A stretch of 61,010 nt of DNA from a virus. The stretch is taken from the IMG/VR virus record IMGVR_UViG_3300027554_000001; one strand, 5' to 3'. The first letter of the stretch is position 1; each line of letters starts with the position of its first letter. This document shows, piece after piece, positions 1 to 6,771 of the stretch. The translations under genes were made by a program, and so were the position numbers. The notes beneath the pieces are model-generated. The model did no database searches, was not told the DNA's origin, and saw only the letters and a program-made list of their open reading frames with translations.

Positions 1-127
1 CCGACGAGGACGACTGGATCGGATGGATGGAGGCGGGGCACAGCTTCGGGTGCTGCGACGTGTCGCGCTACGAGCACCCGACGCTCGCCGGGTATCAGGT
101 CCGCATCGGGAGCCACGCGTGAACGGC
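1..127. repeat. Terminal direct repeat copy 1 (= 60884..61010); circular closure of the contig
   Basis: Compared base by base: 127/127 identical to the last 127 nt. 1..122 re-reads the 3' end (stop TGA 120..122) of CDS 60736..61005. Confidence 0.95.
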
Positions 128-155
128 CGGCTGATCAACCGACAGGAGGCGGCCT

Positions 156-359
156 GTGCCTGACATCGCAATGTGCGCTGAGACCACCTGCCCGCGACGT
201 GAATCGTGCCTGCGCTACCTGCTGCCGCCTGACCGCTACATGCAGAGCTACGCAGAGCGAGACCCGGCCACGTGTGACGACTACTGGCACGATCACAGCC
301 GCTATCGGCTGCGCTCGGTGGTCGATGCGGATGCTGATAACCGCCGGGGTGAATCATGA
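156..359 (+). CDS. Small Cys-containing hypothetical protein (67 aa)
   Basis: GTG 156 lies 6 nt after AGGAGG (144..149); ORF track 156..359; 'CAETTCPRRESC...ATCDDYW'; no family recognised. Confidence 0.55.
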   Translation: MPDIAMCAETTCPRRESCLRYLLPPDRYMQSYAERDPATCDDYWHDHSRYRLRSVVDADADNRRGES

Positions 360-652
360 GCGCTGAGAAGAGCCAGCGAGCCGCCATCACGGCGGAGCAT
401 CGCGCCATCGTCGGCCAGTCGATCGGCCGTCGCCTGCGTCACGAGCGTGAGCGCCACAGGCTGAGCCGCCTGCATCTGTCGCGCCGCGCCTGCATCGCGC
501 CATCCACCATCGGGCGCATCGAGCGAGGAGAGAGCGTGCCGGATGCACGGATGCTGCTCGGGATCATGGCTGCATTCCCGGCGCTTGATCTGGTGTGGCT
601 GCTGACCGGTGTGTCGGCGCCCGTGGCCGCTGCCGGCGCGGGCTCGGCATGA
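356..652 (+). CDS. XRE/Cro-C1-type HTH transcriptional regulator
   Basis: ATG overlaps upstream stop (ATGA). 'RLSRLHLSRRACIAPSTIGRIERGESVP' is a classic XRE-type helix-turn-helix. Confidence 0.75.
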   Translation: MSAEKSQRAAITAEHRAIVGQSIGRRLRHERERHRLSRLHLSRRACIAPSTIGRIERGESVPDARMLLGIMAAFPALDLVWLLTGVSAPVAAAGAGSA

Positions 653-891
653 GCGCGCCATGCGAGCAGCTACGCCGCGAGGTGGGCGACAGGCTCAGGA
701 TGTACCGGGCGCGCATGCGGATGACGCAACCGATGACGGCGGATCGCGCAGGCATCAGCGTCGGCACGCTTGCAAAATGGGAGGCCGGCGAGAGCTTTCC
801 GCGCGCGGATCTTCTCGTGCGGCTGTGCGAGGTGATCGAGGTGGACCCGACGCGTGTGCTGATGGGCAGGGCGTGGGAGTCGACGCCGTGA
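649..891 (+). CDS. XRE/Cro-C1-type HTH transcriptional regulator (second copy)
   Basis: ATGA-coupled ATG 649 preferred over track start 595. 'MTQPMTADRAGISVGTLAKWEAGESFPRADLLVRLCEV' HTH. Confidence 0.75.
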   Translation: MSAPCEQLRREVGDRLRMYRARMRMTQPMTADRAGISVGTLAKWEAGESFPRADLLVRLCEVIEVDPTRVLMGRAWESTP

Positions 892-1355
892 GCATCGACG
901 CCATGATGATCCGCACGGCCGACGGCGCTTTCCGGCCGGCCACGCAGCACGACGCCGACGAGCTGGCCGGACTGCCGATCGGCCGGCTTATCGGCTGCAC
1001 GATGAAGCAACTGCGCAACGGACAATTTCATCGAAAGCTCTTCGCGCTGCTGGCCTACCTGTACGACGTGCTGCCGGCCAAGCGCGCTATCTACGAAGGC
1101 ACCGAGATCACACAATCCAGGAAACGCCACCGAGACGAGATGGTGATCCTGGCCGGGCACTACACCGTGGATGTGACCGGGCGCGGTGACATCCGCATGG
1201 TCGCGCAATCGCTGAGCTACAGCAAATGCAGTCAGCGGCTGGCCGAGACGATCTACAGCGACCTGATCGACAAGGCGCTTGCACTGCTGGGCGGCGACCA
1301 GACCCGCGACGGGCTGGACGACATCATCAATCAACTTGTGGGATTCGATTCATGA
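888..1355 (+). CDS. DUF1367-like phage protein
   Basis: GTGA coupling (track start 609 rejected). 'QLRNGQFHRKLFALLAYLYD' resembles the DUF1367 signature as I remember it. Confidence 0.5.
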   Translation: MSIDAMMIRTADGAFRPATQHDADELAGLPIGRLIGCTMKQLRNGQFHRKLFALLAYLYDVLPAKRAIYEGTEITQSRKRHRDEMVILAGHYTVDVTGRGDIRMVAQSLSYSKCSQRLAETIYSDLIDKALALLGGDQTRDGLDDIINQLVGFDS

Positions 1356-1768
1356 GCACGCCACGCCGAGCCGGCACCGGCTACGACAGCAAGATCACGC
1401 CGATTCACCGACCGAAGGCGGCCACGCCACTGCCGAGCGAATCCACGCTCAGGCGCCGGCACAAGCTGCGCCGTTGGTCCGTCACGGTCGGGGATCGCAC
1501 AGTGTCGGGCTGGAATGAGCACCCGGAGCAAGAGGCGGCAGCGGCACGGCAGCGTCTCGAGGCCGACATGGCGCCCGGTGACACGCTGGGAAAGCTGGCC
1601 GAGATCGTGGCGCACTTCGGCGAGCTGGAGGCGGCGACACGGATCGGCACGGCAGTGGAGACGCTGCACTCGTGGCGGCGACAGTCGAAGTACCCTAGCG
1701 CGGCATCGAAGGCGTCCATCGCTCGGGAGCACTACTCGGCCACGAATGGCCGGGCGGTGGGCGCATGA
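1352..1768 (+). CDS. Hypothetical protein (138 aa)
   Basis: ATGA coupling at both ends; same frame as track ORF 1226..1768; no domain recognised. Confidence 0.6.
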   Translation: MSTPRRAGTGYDSKITPIHRPKAATPLPSESTLRRRHKLRRWSVTVGDRTVSGWNEHPEQEAAAARQRLEADMAPGDTLGKLAEIVAHFGELEAATRIGTAVETLHSWRRQSKYPSAASKASIAREHYSATNGRAVGA

Positions 1769-1932
1769 GCGAGCAGCAGGGACGAGCGCAGTGGGAAGCG
1801 GCCGAGCAGCGACGCAAGCGACGGCACGAGGACGATGGCATGCGGGCTGTCGCGGGCATCGTCAACGGGTTTCTGATCGCGGTGCCGTGCTACGTCGTGG
1901 CTGGATTGATCGTCTGGTTGATCAGCCGATGA
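1765..1932 (+). CDS. Small membrane protein (55 aa)
   Basis: Below ORF-track cutoff; hand-translated MSEQQGRAQWEAAEQRRKRRHEDDGMRAVAGIVNGFLIAVPCYVVAGLIVWLISR; ATGA-coupled at both ends; one TM segment. Confidence 0.45.
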   Translation: MSEQQGRAQWEAAEQRRKRRHEDDGMRAVAGIVNGFLIAVPCYVVAGLIVWLISR

Positions 1933-2159
1933 GCGCGCCGAGGACGATGCCGGTGCACGAGATCGAGGCGCTGCTGATCCGATCGCGCGTGTGCGTCGAT
2001 CTGAGGCCGCCAGCACTGCTGCCCGAGCCTACGCCTGTCCAGCGTGCCAACGACGCCCTGCCGCCCGTGTGGGTGGCGGTGGTGGCAGGGCTTGCCGTTG
2101 TGACGGGCTCGGCTCTGTGGCTGTGGACGCCGGTGCTGGTGCGGGGATGTGGGGTATGA
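1929..2159 (+). CDS. Hypothetical protein with C-terminal TM segment (76 aa)
   Basis: ATGA coupling; C-terminal part of track ORF 1515..2159; 'VWVAVVAGLAVVTGSALWLW'. Confidence 0.5.
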   Translation: MSAPRTMPVHEIEALLIRSRVCVDLRPPALLPEPTPVQRANDALPPVWVAVVAGLAVVTGSALWLWTPVLVRGCGV

Positions 2160-2335
2160 GCATCAAGGCGGGTGACGTGGTGCGGCCGAAGTCGGGCGGG
2201 CAGTGCATGGTGGTAGAGCGGATCGACGAGGACGGCGCCGCACGCTGCTCGTACGACCTCTTCGGACGCGAGTACGAGTGGTGGCACGTCAACGCGCTAC
2301 GCCCGTGCCGCCGCTTCCTGTGGTGGTGGCTGTGA
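2156..2335 (+). CDS. DUF2158/YodC-like small protein
   Basis: ATGA coupling; 'MSIKAGDVVRPKSGGQCMVVERI' matches the GDVV-x-LKSGGP-x-MTV start of the YodC/DUF2158 family. Confidence 0.55.
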   Translation: MSIKAGDVVRPKSGGQCMVVERIDEDGAARCSYDLFGREYEWWHVNALRPCRRFLWWWL

Positions 2336-2919
2336 CCCCCTCGCGCGGCAAGCCACTCGCCCGCATCAGCACACGCCCCGCCCGGTGCCTGATCTGCGAG
2401 GAGGCATTCACGCGCACCCGGCCCGGCGAGCGCGTGTGCGGGGTGGCGTGCGCGATCGAGCGGGCCAAGCGCAAGGCCGTGGCGAAGGCGGTCGCGCCGA
2501 TGCTGCCGAAGCGGGGGCGACTGACGGCGCAGGTCCACGACAAGAAGCGGGCGACGCGGCTCTGTCAGAAAGCCTTCAACGCACTGGTGAGGCATCAGGA
2601 TCGCGACCGGCCGTGCGCGACATGCGGGACCACGGCGGACGTGAAGTACGATTGTGGGCACTGGCTCACGACCGGCGCGCATCCTGAGCTGAGATTCAGG
2701 CGCGAGAACGCCAGCCGTCAGTGCTCGCGATACTGCAACGTCGGGGGCAGCGGTCGCCCGGTCGAGCATCGTGCCGCCCTGGTCGAGCGATGGGGGCAGG
2801 ATGCCGTCGACTGGCTGGAAGGGCCGCACGAGATGCCGCACTGGACGATTGATGAGCTGGACGCGATGGCCTCGGCGATGCGGGCGCAACTGAGATGGGA
2901 GGTGCGCCGTGGCAAGTGA
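2332..2919 (+). CDS. ninG: NinG/Rap-like recombination endonuclease
   Basis: GTGA coupling. N-terminal 'CLICEEAF...CGVAC' plus 'CATCGTTADVKYDCGHWLTTGAHPELRFRRENASRQCSRYCNVGGSG' follows the lambda NinG family layout. Confidence 0.8.
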   Translation: MTPSRGKPLARISTRPARCLICEEAFTRTRPGERVCGVACAIERAKRKAVAKAVAPMLPKRGRLTAQVHDKKRATRLCQKAFNALVRHQDRDRPCATCGTTADVKYDCGHWLTTGAHPELRFRRENASRQCSRYCNVGGSGRPVEHRAALVERWGQDAVDWLEGPHEMPHWTIDELDAMASAMRAQLRWEVRRGK

Positions 2920-3118
2920 AGCCGCCTGCGCCCGGAAAGTGTCCTACCCCAGCCGCGCCGATGCCCAGCGTGCCGCCGACTCGGCCGGCTGCAAGCTACG
3001 CCCCTACACCTGCTCGTGCTGCAACGGCTGGCACCTCACGTCGATGAGCAAGGCGGAGGTACGGCGGCTGCGACGGGATGCGCGGAAGCGGGCGGCGTGG
3101 GCGGCGATGGTGGGCTGA
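2909..3118 (+). CDS. Small Zn-ribbon-like protein (69 aa)
   Basis: GTG start, 11-nt overlap with ninG; 'RPYTCSCCNGWHLTS' motif common in small phage proteins. Confidence 0.55.
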   Translation: MASEAACARKVSYPSRADAQRAADSAGCKLRPYTCSCCNGWHLTSMSKAEVRRLRRDARKRAAWAAMVG

Positions 3119-3218
3119 TCGCTCCCGCCTGCGCTTTCGCCCTTCGGGGGCGACGCTACGGCTTGCCTGACACGGCCCCGGCGAGGGATTGCCGGGCCTG
3201 ATCGCGCGTGCAGCGAGG

Positions 3219-3224
3219 TATAAT
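3219..3224 (+). promoter_or_regulatory. Consensus -10 hexamer TATAAT
   Basis: Perfect TATAAT in the 174-bp low-GC gap before the GIY-YIG gene; no good -35 found. Confidence 0.3.
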
Positions 3225-3291
3225 GAAAGCGGGCCGGACGGTGCTTCTACACCGTGATCCGACCCTGACCATCAACGATCTGGAGATCGAT

Positions 3292-4086
3292 ATGGCTGGA
3301 CGAAATCATACCGGACACGAGACCTATCGTGCTTACAACTCCGATGGGCAGTGCCTGTACGTCGGGATGTCGTCGAATGCGTTGCGCCGCGTTACCGACC
3401 ATGCGTACCTGTCAGGCTGGTATGGGGAGGTGTCGCGTATCGAGATCGACCGACACGACTCCCACGAATCCGCGCTGGCGCACGAAAAGCTGCTGATCGC
3501 CAGCGCTCAGCCGCGATGGAATGTCCAGCACGGTGCGGACCCCGTCGTAAGGCGATCCGCTCGAAAGCGTCGCCTTGAGTCGCTGAAAGAAAAGCTGGCG
3601 TCAGAGCCCGGCGAATGGGTGAAGCACTTCCCGCACTTCGACGAGGTCATCATGCGGATGGACCGCCTCTTCGACTTGAAGCTGGCCCTGTACTTCGTTG
3701 ATCGCGCCATCGCGCAAGGCACGACGCGGTTCCGCATGGATGACGGGCGGAAGGCGTCGATCATGCAGAGGTTCGGCGTGTCGAAGGCTTCGGTGCAGAA
3801 TGCGATCACGCGCCTTGCCGAGCCGGTCGAGCTGGGCGGAGTAGAAATCCTCGTGAAGCTGGAGCGAGGGCACTACATCATCAACCCGCGCTTCTATTTT
3901 GTGGGGCGCGAGCCTGAGCACGACAACGCGCTGGACCTGTATCACAAGCTCAAGCGCGAGCGAGCACCGGCCATCAAGGCGCGCAAGGCGGCGCGCGAGA
4001 AGCGGAAGGCTCGACCGAAGAAGGCGACCGTGACAAAGCTGCGTTCTGTTGGCTCGCCGTCGAGCGGGGCGTCATTGCCACCCTGA
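3292..4086 (+). CDS. GIY-YIG nuclease fused to RepL-like winged-helix DNA-binding domain (homing-endonuclease-like)
   Basis: GGAG 6 nt before ATG 3292 (track start 3208 would contain the TATAAT). N-term 'YRAYNSDGQCLYVGMSSNALRRVTDH...AHEKLLI...PRWN' = GIY-YIG. C-term 'ASIMQRFGVSKASVQNAITRL...HYIINPRFYFVG' is RepL-like. Locally lower GC. Confidence 0.7.
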   Translation: MAGRNHTGHETYRAYNSDGQCLYVGMSSNALRRVTDHAYLSGWYGEVSRIEIDRHDSHESALAHEKLLIASAQPRWNVQHGADPVVRRSARKRRLESLKEKLASEPGEWVKHFPHFDEVIMRMDRLFDLKLALYFVDRAIAQGTTRFRMDDGRKASIMQRFGVSKASVQNAITRLAEPVELGGVEILVKLERGHYIINPRFYFVGREPEHDNALDLYHKLKRERAPAIKARKAAREKRKARPKKATVTKLRSVGSPSSGASLPP

Positions 4087-4179
4087 CAACAACGCCAGCA
4101 CTATCCACCCTCCCAGCCCGTACCATACTCACACGGATCATGTAAAGATCCGCACGGCAACGTCGAGAGGACGTAGCGC

Positions 4180-4407
4180 ATGGCAGCACTGGACCCGGAC
4201 GGTCTGGAGGCGGCAGGGTTGCACCGCTGGTCGATCCCGGAGCTCAACGCATCGGGGTGGACTCGCGGTGATCCTGTCGAGTTTGTGGAGTTCCATCGGG
4301 CGTGCGCTCGCGGGGATACCCCGAAGGCGCTGGCGTTTCGCCGGATGGTCGAGCGCGAGCGCCGGAATGGGCTGGCTCGGATGAATGCGGGGAGGAGGCC
4401 GAAATGA
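4180..4407 (+). CDS. Hypothetical protein (75 aa)
   Basis: ORF track; GAGAGG 9 nt upstream; no domain recognised. Confidence 0.55.
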   Translation: MAALDPDGLEAAGLHRWSIPELNASGWTRGDPVEFVEFHRACARGDTPKALAFRRMVERERRNGLARMNAGRRPK

Positions 4408-4601
4408 TGCGCTGGAGCATGGCGGCGCTGATGCTGCTGTCGGGGTGCGCGGCGACGCCCGAGCCGGTGACGGTCACGTACGAAACCGACCCGTACGGCG
4501 CGGTCTACCCGGTCGTGAATGGCGACGCCTACCCGCTGACGGATGATGAGCGTCGGGTGCAGGTGCAGAAGCTCGTCGACCTGTACTGCCCGGCCGAGTA
4601 G
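4404..4601 (+). CDS. Small lipoprotein (possible o-spanin-like lysis accessory)
   Basis: GGAGGAGG upstream, ATGA coupling. 'MMRWSMAALMLLSGC' = signal peptide + lipobox; 50-aa mature part with a C-terminal Cys; sits directly before the lysin gene. Confidence 0.65.
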   Translation: MMRWSMAALMLLSGCAATPEPVTVTYETDPYGAVYPVVNGDAYPLTDDERRVQVQKLVDLYCPAE

Positions 4602-5561
4602 ATGAATTGGCTCGGCGGATTGCTCGGCGGTGCAGCCAAGCCGATCAGCGAGTACGGCCAGTCCCGGCAGGAGACCGCGCAGTGGAAGCACCGCGCCGAT
4701 GCCATCATCGCCGTGGCTGCCGCATCGTGGCGCCCGTGGCTGGCTCGCCTGCTCGGCTGGTGCATCCTGATCCACGTGGCAGGCTCGGTGCTGCTGCTGA
4801 TCGGCATGGTCTACAGCGAGACGAGCGACGCGGTGTGGAGCTTGCTCGCCACCTGGGCGCTGTGGATGGCGTACGGGCGCACGCTCTTCGATCTGACGGC
4901 GACCCTGCTGGGGCTCTACATCGGAAGCCGGGGGCTGGAGAAGGTCGCGCCGGCTATCGGCGGTCCGGCCGGGCAGGCGTTGGGCGCTGCAGCGGGGTGG
5001 GTAACCGGCAACCGTGCAGCCCCGGAGGTCCAGCGTGATGATCTTCGATCGCATGACGCGCCGCTGCAACGGCTGGACGGGATCGTGGTGCCGGGCAGGG
5101 CGCAGGGCGTCGCGGCGACGCAGGGCTGGCAATGGGGGGCGCGCTCGACGCAACGGCTTTCCCATGCGCGCCAGGAGTTGCAGGATCTCTTCGACTGGCT
5201 TCTGCCGCGAAGCCCGTACGACCTGACGATCGGCGAGACGATCCGCAGCGTCGAGGAGCAGCGCGGGTACGTCGAAGGCGGCCAGTCACGCACGATGGAC
5301 AGCCGGCATCTTGAGCGCCCGGCCGCTGCCGTCGACTTCTACATCATCGATCCGAAAACCGGCAAGGCCAGCATGGGCGCGACCGAGCGTGAGCTGGACA
5401 TGTACCGGGAAGTGCTGACGATCCTGCGCGAAGGCTCCGAGGAGCTGGGCATCCCGGTCACGTCCGGCGGGATTGACTGGGGCTGGGATTTCTTTCACGT
5501 CGAGCTTGACCGAAAGCACTACCCGCGCGGCCCGAGCGTACTGGACGGCGTGCCCGCCTGA
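4602..5561 (+). CDS. Holin-like multi-TM domain fused to peptidase M15 endolysin domain
   Basis: N-term 'MNWLGGLLGGAAKPI...SWRPWLARLLGWCILIHVAGSVLLLIGMVY...WSLLATWALWMAY...LLGLYIGS' resembles the 3-TM GTA-type holin family (DUF3154). C-term 'EEQRGYVEGGQSRTMDSRHLERPAAAVDF...GGIDWGWDFFHVELD' = M15 (VanY/T5-lysin-like) H..D..H Zn site. Confidence 0.8.
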   Translation: MNWLGGLLGGAAKPISEYGQSRQETAQWKHRADAIIAVAAASWRPWLARLLGWCILIHVAGSVLLLIGMVYSETSDAVWSLLATWALWMAYGRTLFDLTATLLGLYIGSRGLEKVAPAIGGPAGQALGAAAGWVTGNRAAPEVQRDDLRSHDAPLQRLDGIVVPGRAQGVAATQGWQWGARSTQRLSHARQELQDLFDWLLPRSPYDLTIGETIRSVEEQRGYVEGGQSRTMDSRHLERPAAAVDFYIIDPKTGKASMGATERELDMYREVLTILREGSEELGIPVTSGGIDWGWDFFHVELDRKHYPRGPSVLDGVPA

Positions 5562-5584
5562 TTTGCCCACACATCCCGAATCCC

Positions 5585-5597
5585 GCTCCTACAGTGG
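5585..5597 (+). promoter_or_regulatory. GCTCCTACAGTGG motif (putative -10 region; ATG 6 nt after TACAGT)
   Basis: Exact 13-mer; TACAGT 5590..5595, then GGGTAC, then ATG 5602; no SD for this gene. Confidence 0.35.
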
Positions 5598-5601
5598 GTA
5601 C

Positions 5602-5949
5602 ATGCACCGACACATCCTTGCCCTGATCCTTGCTCTGGCCCTGCCGATCGCGCACGCCGAGACCGTGCGCACGACGGATCTGGCGATCAATGCGCAGGTC
5701 TACATCAGCACCGACTACACCGGCGAGCAGACCGCGCACCTGGTGTGGTCGCACCCCCACAACGGCCGCACCGCGACCCGGCACACGGTCTACGTCGGCA
5801 GCAATCGCGACGGCTGGCAGGAGATCGGCACGGTGTCGAGTCCGAGCCGGTCGTTTCGCGTGATGGACCATCAACCGGGTGACCAGTATCTCGTCGCCCC
5901 ATCCACGGATGGCTACGGCTATCCCGCTGCCGAGTGGCCGCCGCGATGA
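5602..5949 (+). CDS. Secreted protein, FN3-like (115 aa)
   Basis: 'MHRHILALILALALPIAHA/ET' signal peptide; beta-rich remainder; track start 5473 rejected. Confidence 0.6.
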   Translation: MHRHILALILALALPIAHAETVRTTDLAINAQVYISTDYTGEQTAHLVWSHPHNGRTATRHTVYVGSNRDGWQEIGTVSSPSRSFRVMDHQPGDQYLVAPSTDGYGYPAAEWPPR

Positions 5950-6383
5950 CTGAATTCCTGCGATACATCCCGACGGAAAGCCGCCCCAGTCGCCTGTCCC
6001 TGCTCGAGCACGAAGCCACCGCCGAGCTGGCTCGCGCATCGGCCCGGCGCGTATCGCTCGAATCGGGCGAGGCCGCGCGTCGGCAGTCGGTGCAGAGCAA
6101 GATATTCGAGGCGAGCCAATCCGAGAAGGTGGCGCGCGAGGAGCTGGCCGCGATCATCGCCCGGCAGGACGAGCTGCGCGCCGCACGACGAGCGCCGGCC
6201 AAGGCCGCACTGGACGCCGCTGTGCCGACGCTGACCGTGCGCGCACCGGTTGCCGAGTCCGACACCGCTCCGGCACCCGTCGAGGCCGTAGAGCCCATGC
6301 CCGACCCGACCATCGAGCCTGTCGAGCCGTGGCGGCTGATACCCGACATCAACCTGGACGACCCCGAGGACACATCCGCATGA
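5946..6383 (+). CDS. Hypothetical coiled-coil/Pro-rich protein
   Basis: ATGA coupling; track ORF 5934..6383. Confidence 0.55.
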   Translation: MTEFLRYIPTESRPSRLSLLEHEATAELARASARRVSLESGEAARRQSVQSKIFEASQSEKVAREELAAIIARQDELRAARRAPAKAALDAAVPTLTVRAPVAESDTAPAPVEAVEPMPDPTIEPVEPWRLIPDINLDDPEDTSA

Positions 6384-6739
6384 CCGACCTGAAGCAACGC
6401 GCAGCTGGCGCCTATGATGACGCCCGCGAGCGAGCCGCCGATGGCCTGCGCGACGACCTGGAAGGGCTCGGCGTTGACGTGCAGGAGGTACGCGACGGCA
6501 CCGCGAGCGCATCGAAGAAGCGCCGGATCATGCGCACCGCGCTCATCATCGGCGTGCTCGTCATCGTGCTGCTCGGCATTGCCACGACCTGCGCCACGGC
6601 CGCCACGCTCTACGTGATTCAGCCGGTCGCCGAGGTCGAGTCGTGCGAGGACATCGAGGCCGAGACGCAGCGGCTGATCGACGAAGGCGTCATCACGGCC
6701 GGCACGATGACGGTCTGCTCGGACGAGTCGGGCACCTGA
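6380..6739 (+). CDS. Bitopic membrane protein (119 aa)
   Basis: ATGA coupling; central TM 'ALIIGVLVIVLLGIATTCATAATLYV'; Cys-containing C-terminal tail. Confidence 0.55.
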   Translation: MTDLKQRAAGAYDDARERAADGLRDDLEGLGVDVQEVRDGTASASKKRRIMRTALIIGVLVIVLLGIATTCATAATLYVIQPVAEVESCEDIEAETQRLIDEGVITAGTMTVCSDESGT

Positions 6740-6771
6740 TGATCAACATTCCAGCACGCGAGCACAGCTAG

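Noticed and set aside
3208-3291. Upstream extension of the GIY-YIG gene (track start 3208)
   Set aside because: The extension would contain the TATAAT box, and it lacks an SD whereas ATG 3292 has GGAG at -6. The GIY-YIG motif begins soon after 3292.
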